From positions 57,476,001 through 57,540,000 of the forward strand of contig NC_087436.1 of NCBI RefSeq assembly GCF_036321535.1: a stretch of 64,000 nucleotides of DNA. Direction: 5' to 3'. The notes under the pieces were generated by a model that did not search any database, was not told where the DNA came from, and saw only the letters and a list, made by a program, of their open reading frames with translations. Both the position numbers and the translations under genes were made by a program. Positions 53,470 to 64,000 of the stretch are shown piece by piece (position 1 is the first letter of the stretch; each line of letters begins with the position of its first letter). The stretch comes from Camelus dromedarius (taxonomy: Eukaryota).

Positions 53470-54860
53470 TAATGAATGTTGCTGGCTGTCTGGGAGAAAA
53501 TCAAATCAAATCTTTTTTTAACTCCAAATAAAAATAATTTCCAATTAGAAAAAATAGTCCAAAATAAAATAATATAATCCCTGTAAGAAAAACCAGGGGA
53601 GCATATATAATATATTTAAGGAAGGACTTTTCAACCAACATGTGGAATCCAGAAGGATACATGTAAAACAAACACTTTTTACACTAAACATTTTGTAAAC
53701 ATCTTTGTATGGCAAAAGATACATACAAAAACTGAACAGAAGACCAATAGATTTGCCAAAAAAAGGAATACAAAGGACAAAGTTAATATTTATAAATATA
53801 TACGTGATTCTCTTAGTATCCTTTATTCTAGCGAAGAATAGGGAATGCAAAAGAAAAATAGATAAGTATATGAAGCAGCAATTCAAAATGGAACAAATAC
53901 ACATGTCCAACAAGCATATAAAAATACCCAAACTCATTAGTGGGTAGGTAACTGCAAAATAAAATAACTGGAGGCTAGTACTTTATATCAATTGGTCTGG
54001 CAACATTTAACATATATTGCTAGTGGAGACACATTGAAAAGTATATTCTCACACACTGCTAGTGGAAATGGGAAAATGTTATATAGCCTTTCTCAAAAGC
54101 AACATCTATTTAAATCAAACAATACAGATGGCTTTTGGCCCAGCAACTCCATTCCCAAGAATCTATCCAAGAGAAATAAATTTTTCAGGTTAACATACAA
54201 GTATACTCAGTGCATCATTGTGTATTGTGGCAGCAAACTGGCATCAGTCAGAAAAATAATGCATTCCTGGCATGAAACATTACAGAAACATTAAAAGGAA
54301 TCTATTAGAGCAATACAAGGGTCATTTTGGGATTTTTATGATGTATTTGCAGAATAAGAAAAAGCAAGGTGCAGAAATTACTTTTAATGTAATTCTATTT
54401 TAAAAAACAACAATGGAAGGGAGGCTATAGCTCAGTGGTAGAGTACATGCCTAGCATGCACGAGGTCCTGGGTTCAATCCCCAGCATTTCCATTAAAAAT
54501 AAATAAATAAACAAAAAACCCTAATCACCTCCCCCCAACAACAAACTAAATAAAAGAAAAACAAAGATAAAATGATGCTATTAAAAAATGACCAAAAATT
54601 ATACAAATATGTGGGGATACTTATATATATGTTATTATATTATTGGAAATACTTAGAAAAAAATACAGAAGACTACAATGTATCCCACTGGTTATCTTTT
54701 GAGGATAGAAAAACCCGAGAGGAGGTCCAAGAGGAGAGAAGAATGGGGGAAAGACAACTTGAAAAGTATAAGTAAAACTAATGCTTTAACAATGGCATGG
54801 TTAGTTAAGTTTATGCTTTTATGAAAATTGTATGTGTAAATATGTAGTTAAATAAGATTT
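53470..54860 (+). mobile_element. Old L1 (L1ME-like) 3' portion with a nested SINE
   Basis: atgtccaacaagcatataaaaat...aactcattagt...tctcacacactgctagtggaaat...tttggcccagcaactccattcccaagaatctatcc. Confidence 0.7.
54415..54570 (+). mobile_element. tRNA-derived SINE, Vic-1-like
   Basis: gggaggctatagctcagtggtagagtacatgcctagcatgcacgaggtcctgggttcaatccccagc, then A-rich linker, cctaatcacctcccc and A-rich tail. Confidence 0.9.
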
Positions 54861-54928
54861 TTTAAAAGGTCAGATTTATTGAGATATAATTTACATATCG
54901 TCAAATACACCATTTTTAGGTGTACAGT
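54860..54928 (-). mobile_element. Short L1M 3'-terminal fragment
   Basis: cagatttattgagatataatttacata...aaatacaccatttttaggtgtacagt. Confidence 0.6.
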
Positions 54929-55489
54929 AAAATATACTAAATAAAAAACACCTGAATTTTTTTGTTTAAAATTTTTAAATGGCTTCATTAACATAAATAG
55001 TAAAATAATAGTTTTTGAGTAATATGTTGATTTATAAATTTATAAGTACTACAGTATTCATAATTACATACTTATAATTGCTTTGCTCTAATAACCAATT
55101 TATTTCCATCCAGTCCGGGAGAGCCATCAACATACACTTAAACCCATCATACATAAAATTTATACTACAATTGCTAGGTCTTGCCAACTGTCCATCTACA
55201 CTTCCATTCCCCAATTACCCTTTCTACCACTATGTGTGTACATATTCTGACAGAATATTAAGTAGAAAGTTTAGTTTTGAAATTATATTCTAAAATAAAC
55301 TAAATCCTAAAATAAGTTAGACATCTCAACTTTCTTGAGAAATTGATTTATCTCCAATTGGGTGCATTTTTTATTTTAACAACATTTGTTCCTATTTTTC
55401 ATACCTAGAACTTCTTAAATCGTTTGTAATCTTTTTTGTCCTTAGGTCTTAGATACTTTTTTTTTTTTTTTGGCTAGGAATGTTTTCTT

Positions 55490-55850
55490 GTCCACTCTGC
55501 TCTTATTCTTTCCTATCCTCTTCTTCTCTTTAACGTCTATTAATTCTTTCAGAGCTGAGATCAGTTTAGATGTCACTTATTCCTGGAAGTTCTCCTTGAC
55601 CTCCAGGCTTGGGTTACTGTCTCTTATACGATCACGTTGCGCCTTGTACGTACTCCTACAACAGCACTTTAGCACGCTGTCTATACTTGCGTCTTATCCT
55701 TTTGCTTAACTCCGTGTAACTGTAAACACGTGGTAGGCTAGGACTACATTCTTTTCATCCTAGTATCTTTGCCTCCCCTATGCCCACTACCTAGCACAGG
55801 GTCCAATATTATCCGGAGCAGGCACCTGATACATACTTGTCATTCACTGA
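55490..55850 (+). mobile_element. L2 3' fragment
   Basis: attctttcagagctgagatcagtttagatgtcacttattcctggaagttctccttgacc...cctagcacagggtcc. Confidence 0.65.
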
Positions 55851-56118
55851 GAAGAGCTTCAGTTCCTTTCTTTTGGTCACTAAGACCGCCATACTTTGAA
55901 CTCCCTATTCACTCAATAATCAGTATACACTAATTTTCCAACATTGATAGGAAGGATCAAGTAATAACAGAAAGCTGTGACAGCTCAAAATTTCTGCCAT
56001 ATACAACAGTTCATAGTGTTCTGTCAGGATGAAGATGTATAAGGTAGCACTATTACGTTAAACCATCTTTTGTGAAGCAGCATAGCTCCAGACTTACCAA
56101 GCATAGTTATGATCCAGA

Positions 56119-56331
56119 CAGCACTATTCAACAGAATGCTTTGAAATGTCGGCAGTGTTCTGTATCTGTACTGGCCAGTGTGGTAGCAACTAGCCACATG
56201 TGGCTACTGAGCACTTGAAACATGGCTAATGTAACTGAGGAACTGAATTTTAAATTTCACTGAATTTTAATCCACTTAAATTTAAATAGTCACATGGAGC
56301 TAGATAGAGGCTATAATACTGGACATCACAC
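56119..56331. mobile_element. MER3-like hAT-Charlie MITE
   Basis: ggtagcaactagccacatgtggctactgagcacttgaaacatggctaatgtaactgaggaactgaattttaaattt. Confidence 0.85.
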
Positions 56332-57669
56332 ATTAGAAGATATTGGCTTCTATGGAAGAGTACGACTTTTAACCCTTCTAGAATCACTAGAGAACAGTCA
56401 GTTTTGGCTTGTAACAAGAGATGCCCTTGAGTTTCTAATCAGCTCTTCTGTATGTATGCATTATGATTCCCAAACGTACCAGAAGCACTTTGAGGGCAGA
56501 CTCGCTATATAGACAATACTTAACTAAAATGATTGCTTTAAAAAGGAACAACTACGTAAGAGTCGAGGGGAAAATTCAGCATCTGACTGTTGCTTAATAC
56601 TAAAAAGAAGTGCCTGTGTAATGCCTCAATCCTTCCTGAAAAAAGGAAATGGCAAGCTTTTCTTAGACAGTGAAGTGGAAAATGAGTAAACTAACTCTTC
56701 GATTAGACCTTGGTGTTGGTGATATCACTCACTGCTCACGGCAGATTTTAAATTACTAAATTCAGCATTTTCACATTATTACTTTGTCATGTTGTAGAAA
56801 CATGATGACATTTCAAGATGATGGTAGTTCACAGTCTATTACACATTACAGAAGAGCATTAAAAAGGAATTTATATGGTGATCAGTTGTCACAATTCACT
56901 ATCACACCAACTTCTTGGCCCAATAGTAAGAAAATAAAGATGTGATCCAACAAGCTATTCATGATGAGACAGTTACCCTGAAAAGGATAAAAGTTTCTGA
57001 AAGAAGATGGAGAATCAGTTTTTGCATCAATTTGAAACAAATTCTGTAAAGTGACTAGATAAAAAAATCCTATCATCATCAAGGTTTACAGACAGGTGAA
57101 CAAAGGAAGAGTTCAAATTTTGGTCAGAAATGAAACAGAACAATTCCCAGTAAGCATCTGACAAGGAACACTTCTGAAGTTCACTGAAGGCTAAAAAATA
57201 CAGCAAAAAACTTATATCTTGGTTGGTTTAATCTTGTAGAGATTCAATTGCTGCTTTTTCTTATAGACGAACGTTTGGAAACTATCAGCAGGCAAAAAAA
57301 CCTCAGCACTTGGGATTTGTGTTAGAGAGATGCTTTAGGTAAAAATGGTCCTCAACTATAGAAGCAGTTCCCAGTAGTTGAAAAGAGTAAAGAAAAAGAA
57401 AAGGAAATGAGCCCAGGGAACAGGAAGGAGGAACAGGCATGAAAATGGTTCCAGGATACCCACACACTTCTGGGACCCCAGAGTATAATGTATCTGGAGG
57501 GCTGAGTCAGGAACTTTCTAGAGTAGGTATAGACTCTGTTTTTAATTCTTGTCACCTGGCTTTGCTATATTTAATTCGAATCCTTTATCCAATCATTTAA
57601 TCCAAGCAAACCATAATCATGCTATATTTAATCCAAATCTAATCCAAATATCACGGTACAACCACTTGT

Positions 57670-59460
57670 AGCATTTTTATGGATATAGAATTTACATACC
57701 ATGAAAAGCATGAATTTTGTCTAATTTAATGAGTTTTGATTAAAAATTACACTTGTGAATCCACTACCCCAGTTAAGATACAGAACATTTCTATCACCCT
57801 AGAAATTTTTTTCTTGCCATCTCCCAGTCTCACTTCACCCGCTGGACACCACCATTCTAAATTCTATCATCATGATAGACTAGCTGTGCCAGCTCTTGAG
57901 CATCATATAAATGAAATCCAATATTTGTACTCTTCTGTTTCTAACATCTTTTGAGCAGCACAATGATTCTTCTCCTTTTTCAATTTTTTTGTAAGTTATG
58001 GATTAAGATTAATCCACCTGTGTTCAATTGTGGACTATTTAAAAAAAATTGGAGGGGAGGAGGTAATTATGTTTATTTATTATTTTTTTAGAGGAGGTAC
58101 TAGGGATTGAACCTAGGACCTCGTGCATGCACTCTACCACTTGAGCTATAACCTCCCCCCAGTACAATGCTTTTGATATACATCCACATTGGTTTGTGTA
58201 TCAGTAGCTCTTTCTTTATTATTTCTTGTAATATTGTGGTCTGAATAGCCCATAATTGGTTTTTCTATTTCCCTGCTGTTGAACATTTGGGTTGCTTTCA
58301 GTTTGAAGCTACGACAAATAAGGTTGCAGTAAACAGGACTGTATGTCTACTATGGATGACTGTTTCATCTCTCTTAGGTAAATACCTAGGACTGAAACTG
58401 CTGGGTCATGGGCTAGGCATACGTGTAGTTCAGTAAGAAACTACCAAACAGATTTCCAAAGTGGTTTCTACATATTTTACACCATCAATATCTGCAAGTT
58501 CTAGTTGCTTTACAATCTTGGGGATATTTGGTATTGTTAGTTTTTAAAATTTTAGCTATTGTAGTGGATGTGAAATGTAAATCATTGTTTTTCATTTGCA
58601 TTTTCTTAATGACTAAGGATGTTAATCTGGCATATTTTCATGTGCTTATTGGAAATTTGCATATCTTCTTTTGTGAAGTGACTATTCAAATCTTTTGCTA
58701 ATTTTTACTGTGTCATTTGTCTTTTTACTATTGATTTTTAGAGTTCTTCATATACTGAGATACGAGGTCAGATAGATGTCTGTATAGAAAATATTTTGTC
58801 CTGTTGTATGGTTTGTCTTTATTACTTTCTTAACAGTGTCCTTGACAAGTAGAAATACTTCTTACTTGATAAAAATCCATCATATCAATTTTGTTCTTTG
58901 TTTAAGGAAGTTGCATTTGTCCTGAGATACAGTTTTAAACCTTCAAGGTCCTTCTGGAATTTTAATGAAATACCCGATGTGTTTACTTAGCCCTTGTAAT
59001 TTGGCAGGACTCAAACTCCAAGCTTTGTCTGCGCTGTGGTATACGGCACTTAAGTAGTGCTGAGCTCTTTCCCCCTTCTTGCTGTTACTTTCCACTGTTT
59101 CTCTTCGGTCTTCCCTGTGCATACAGAGTTCAGGGTCAGCCAAGAATTTGAGGGTAACTTAGATGCAGAATTTTTGGTTCTTTCTTCACTGAGTCTCTTC
59201 TTCCTGAGATTCTCTCAATTTCCAGGTGTTCTGGTGACCCTGAATTCCATCCTGTGACACTGCAAACCAGTAAAACCGCAGCTTTCTTGAGTTCTAGCAG
59301 TCTTGAGCTGTGTATGAACTTGGAAGTGTGCTCAGGGGAAGGCCATATAAATGTGAACTTCTTGTTTCCTTCCTTCAAGGATCATATCCCCTCCAGTTTC
59401 TGCCTGCTTTTGTGAGAGGATTAGTCTGATGCAAGATGCTCAGTCACTACTGGAATTGGA
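57670..59460 (-). mobile_element. Old L1 (L1MC/MD/ME-like): 3' end and distal ORF2 (about 57670-58930) adjoining 5'-end-like sequence (about 58940-59460), with a nested SINE
   Basis: ttaagatacagaacatttctatcaccc, aaactaccaaacagatttccaaagtgg, ttttcatgtgcttattgg. The distal part gagaggattagtctgatgcaagatgctcagtcactactggaa resembles a recalled L1M 5' terminus; this part is less certain. Confidence 0.7.
57970..58160 (-). mobile_element. tRNA-derived SINE, Vic-1-like, with an extra 3' extension of about 70 bp
   Basis: gggattgaacctaggacctcgtgcatgcactctaccacttgagctataacctcccc; TSD agcacaatgatt (57957-57968) / agtacaatgctt (58161-58172). Confidence 0.85.
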
Positions 59461-60829
59461 GCATAATTTTTTTTTTCTTTATTGTTTTCCAGTAGATCGA
59501 TGGAAACAAATGGAAGCCATACCTTTAGGATTATTTCACCACAAACTTAAGTGATGCATTTGAAAGTGAAATTTACTTAGGGGGAAATCACATGGAGTTT
59601 CAATGATGATAAAATTAGTTTCATGAGATTTATGTAATCATCTAAAAGCTTTTTTCACTTAAAGAAATGCTTGCAATTTACTTGTAATCTATTTACCTGA
59701 AGTGCACCTGAAGTGAGTGGTCCAACTCTACATTTTAGGCTAAATACTTTAAACACTCCCTATGCTTACAAGTGCCCACTAATGATAGTGCTTTAAAATT
59801 TTTCTCTTTTTCCAGATCTGCTTCTGTTGAATTCTCTTGCAGAATAGATGTGGAGCCATTAAACAGAGTGCTGTGGGTGATTCACATTTAACTCAATTCA
59901 GTAACATTTGTCAAGTATGGATGGACTGTGTCCCAGCACTCTAGAGGGTATTAGACCAGAAGTGACGGGAAACAGCATCGTGAAAACCCTGGAAATGAAT
60001 TAGGAATAAGATTTTGTAGACCTGTTTAACCCAGAATATGATTTGTATAATCAAGATTGTATATGTGGTCACTGAGAAATGAAAATTACCATAAAGGGTT
60101 GGAGTTATTTAGTGACAGATTAGAGTGAGTCTTGTTCTATGCCTTGAAGGAATAATTAAAAACAAATAAAATATATTCTCCCTCCGAAGCTATATTTTAT
60201 CCAGTTTTTGCTGCATCTCTTCTTTAAACACACACACACAAATCAGCGTTATTTTGTCTGAATAAGACAAAAAAAAATAGCAACAGAGAATATTAAACAA
60301 GATAAAAAAGGCAGAAGATAGATTTAGTTTGTGTCTAGGGGTCCATAATGTTACCCTGCCTTCAAGGAGAATGCATTTTAGTAGAAGCAGCAAAAATGTA
60401 TAAAGTACACATTAAAATGCAAATATAAATAATAATTATAATTATATCCAAAAGGGATTAGGTTAGGTCTTTGAAAATAAGCAAGACTAATCAGGAGAAA
60501 TTCGGTGGAAATGAAGCAAGAAACAGCAATTTAAAAGAGAGAGAAAAGTTATCATTTACTGTCTTGTCAGCAAGAGACCAATTATAAACTTAGAAACTGA
60601 TTTAAGAAATCTATTCCTCTGTGCTTAGCAGAGGAAAATAAACATTAAAAAGAGTGAGGGAGGGAGGAAGGATGAAAAAGAAAGAGTGTTCGAGGGAAAG
60701 AGAGAGAAGGAATTGAGAGAGTTATGGGAAGCAAGATGGTAGGGACTGAATAGTTTCATAAAGCTGCAGAATAATTTATGTGGAATAGAACTATAAAAAT
60801 AGATAATACTGTTTGATATCTAAGAACAC

Positions 60830-61030
60830 GGAATCTAGAGTCGGGCTGCCTGGGTATGAAATGTGAAACCTGACATCACTCTCACTGAACTATGGTAATT
60901 TTGATGCGTTTCAGTTTCCACGGAGTTGATGATAATCGCTAATTCAGGTACTTGTCATGCCAGTTATACTAGAGAATGCGCAGAGCATGTAATAACCCAT
61001 TGTCTCTTCACAGTAAATTGTCAGTGTTTT
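60830..61030 (+). mobile_element. MIR-like fragment
   Basis: tctagagtcgggctgcctgggtatgaa...tttcagtttcca...cacagtaaattgtcagt. Confidence 0.5.
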
Positions 61031-62564
61031 TTATTCTTACCTACTGGCATTAGAATAAGCTTCAGGGCTAACTAAGAGAAAACTTTCAGTGCAGCAGTTT
61101 ATATTGATCCAGAGATGCCTCTTATTGTAAGGGAAGTAGTGAAAAAATATTAAAATGCAGTAGGTGGAAATTTAGGTTCAAACACAGACTAGGTGACTAA
61201 AATCTGGTTGTAAAATAAATACCTATGCAAGGATTTTCACTGAGGCAGACACATATTTGGATTCAAAAGAAGTGGAAAGAAGCAGCTGAACCTACAAGCT
61301 AAAAAAAATGAGGTGGCAAAAGAGGACAGGCAGTGAAGAGAGTCTTGGGATTTCTGGGTCGTGTGACAGGAAGATTTGCTGGAGTGACTTCTCTGATAAG
61401 GGTGCTGAACAGCGGAGAGGGCTGAGAGGGAATTACAGGAAGTTCCCTTCTACAGAAGAGAAACCACAAGTGAGCAAGTGAGTATTAAAATTCATTCTAC
61501 AGATGAGTAAAGGCAAAAAACGATCTCATATATAAGCTTAAAATATACTGACTCCTAATGCATCCCTGGAGAAGCTAGTGAGTCTCTTGCATTCTTTTTC
61601 CCTATCAACAAGAAGATCAGAAAACATTCATCATGTTTTGGAGGTGTTGATTTTCAAAATAAAAAGCAGATAAAACACAAATAGGATTATGTTTACTTTA
61701 AGTAACAGCTGATCCAAATTATATAAATTAGTTTCTATGACATAAGAAAAGGTCCAATAAAGTAGATTACTATTCCACTTATTTAAAAAAACATTGAGTT
61801 TGAGAGGCTTTATATGCCTAGTCTTTGTTGTTTGTTTAATTAAATGAAGCTGAGAATCCCATGTTTACCTAAACAAAACTATTCTTTGAAACATTTTCAC
61901 TTTAGATTGCTGCTGTAAAAATGTGATTATTTCTGTATAATGACACATCTGTTCACTGCTTACTGATAATTTTCTTTTACAATTTTCTGCATGCCCAAGA
62001 GCAATTTATTTCTTGTCAAATACTAAACTTAAACATTGAACCAAAATGCCAAATATCAAACCAAGCAAATTAAATACTGAGATACATTTTAAAACGAAAA
62101 ATCAGATCAATAATCTATTACATTGTATGTAGAACACCTTCATAAATGTCCATGTGATATATTAAATCTGATCTATCCAAAACTAATATCCAAGAATAAG
62201 ACTGATCACTTTTTCACCAGTAATATCTAACTGATATGTTAAATTGCATACTTATTAAACAAAACACTGAGTACCACTTAATACTATAAGACAAACCGAA
62301 ACATTGCAGTGCAATTTTTACTTGCATCTGGAAAAAGGTCTTAAAAGGAGAACTGGGGCTTTCTTAAGTAGCCTTTATTTTTTAGGAGATACAAACTGGG
62401 GTAACAGGAGTATTATTAGTGGTATGCTAAGAAGAATTTATTATACATTAAACACGTTCTATTACAATATTTCTGTAAACTATTAAGACTTACTAAGGCC
62501 CATTTACCTCTGAATGGCTCAATACTGGACTACATAATGAATACCAGGCAAGAGGTAATTAGAG

Positions 62565-62810
62565 GGAAGGGCACAGGTTTTGGCGATAGACTTCATTTCA
62601 AAGAGGCAGACCTCTTTCTGCCATGCAGCTGTTGAATGAAAATAGTTTATTTAACTACCTGAGACTTACGTTTTCTCATTTGTAAAATGAATGTCGTAAC
62701 ACACCTCCTGAAGAGTTGTGATAGAGATAAGACAAGGAAAACAAATATCTAGCACAGTGCCTGCCACATAACAGGTGATCCATGAAGCGGCAGGTAGAGT
62801 GTTTGTCATT
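62565..62810 (+). mobile_element. MIR SINE
   Basis: ttttctcatttgtaaaatg...agagttgtgatagagat...tagcacagtgcctgccacata. Confidence 0.7.
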
Positions 62811-62895
62811 AACATCACTATCTGGCTAGCAAATATTGACCTGCATAATTTATTTGCATTCTGTATGAGTTTATCAAGGAAATGTGACATAATAA

Positions 62896-63459
62896 TGTAG
62901 GGGAGCAAAACTTGCCACCTCAAAATGTATCTTTGGCATGTGGATTATATTAAGCTAAAAACAATCAAGACCCAAAAGACTCCGGAAGAAACTTTGACTT
63001 TCCCTTTAACTGACTGAAAATGTAGATAAAGGACTTGTTCCAGAAAGGGAGCTATCAGCACAGATAACTACAGTATGAACTAGGTGTGTAGACAGGTCAG
63101 AGCCTCGCAGAGTCTGTTTGTTAAAATTCTTCTCTGTGTCCCATAGTCTCTGCAGGGCCCAGCAAACGTTTGTTAACCACGTGTTTGCTTTTCCATCTCC
63201 ATGTGAATTGCCTTCCTCCCCTTAGTGGTCCCAAACCATTACCCTCAAGATCCTCTATTGTCTTTAGCTGAAGATGGTATTTAAGATGAGGGTTTTAGCC
63301 ATTTTGGTGAGTTACTCCGTTTTCCTGAGCCTCTCCCATGTATATATGTTATTAAACTTTCGTTTGATTTTCTCCCATTAATCCATCTCATGACAATTTA
63401 ATTTTTAGACCAGCCAGAATAACCTAGAAGGAGAGAGGAAAATTTCTTCTTCCCTGAAA
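62896..63459 (+). mobile_element. MER34-like ERV1 solo LTR
   Basis: Starts tgtaggggagcaaaacttgccacctcaaaatg; gctgaagatggtatttaag, attaaa signal, 4-bp flanks ataa/gtaa. Confidence 0.8.
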
Positions 63460-63629
63460 GTAACAAGGGAATCTCAGAATACTAGAAAACTATTTTATGG
63501 TGATATTAATTACCAGGAAGAATGGAGGAAAGTTAGTTGTGCAGATTCCTAGGGCAGTGAAAGGCTTACGACTAAAAAGAAATCAGGAGCAAGTCACTTT
63601 AATAACTCTCAAGAGAATGACAATGGTAG

Positions 63630-63880
63630 AGTGATAATAACCAAACATTTTTATTGAGTTCTTAGTGCATCCCAGACACTGGGACACTGTGCAAAATGCT
63701 TACTGTGCATTATCTCATAAAGTTTACAATAACTCTGAGGATGGACTGTTCTCATCCTCATTTTACAAACATTAGAAGTGACTGAAGATTAGAGAGTATG
63801 AACATTCTGCCGAGACTTACGCAGCAAGTAAACAGCAGTGCTGCTAGGCTCTGCCCCGAAGTCACAGACACCAGAACTCG
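63630..63880 (-). mobile_element. MIR SINE
   Basis: tttattgagttctta...cagacactg...attatctcat...tacaataactctgagg...catcctcattttacaaa. Confidence 0.75.
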
Positions 63881-64000
63881 ATCCAGTTGTAGAAAAATTA
63901 TTTTGAAAAGGAAGGCAAAAAAAAAAAAAAAAGATATATATCCGTGAAAAGTTAAATATTTCATTAAATGTCAAGATATCTACAACAGGGTATCAGAAGA

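Overview
Mammalian genomic DNA, AT-rich and almost entirely intronic. The only supportable coding sequence is one 167-bp internal exon on the minus strand (40125..39959) of GRID2 (glutamate receptor delta-2, GluD2), encoding part of the S2 ligand-binding lobe (exon 14 by recalled human numbering). The rest of the window is its two flanking long introns. Four copies of a short tRNA-derived SINE resembling camelid Vic-1, with no recognisable Alu, B1/B2, Bov-tA, PRE-1 or Can-SINE, suggest a camelid genome. The introns carry the usual eutherian repeats: L1, L2, MIR, MaLR/ERVL/ERV1 solo LTRs, and Tigger and hAT elements. Repeat family names come from my memory of consensus sequences, and boundaries of old repeats are approximate. 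I found no convincing novel biological system. The best second-look items are: a 5' splice-site-like start of the GRID2 exon, two L1s whose 5' end joins directly to distal ORF2, a SINE copy with an extra hairpin-bearing tail, three tiny TSD-flanked insertions, an unexplained GC-rich patch with an RE1-like motif, and a candidate CTCF site.
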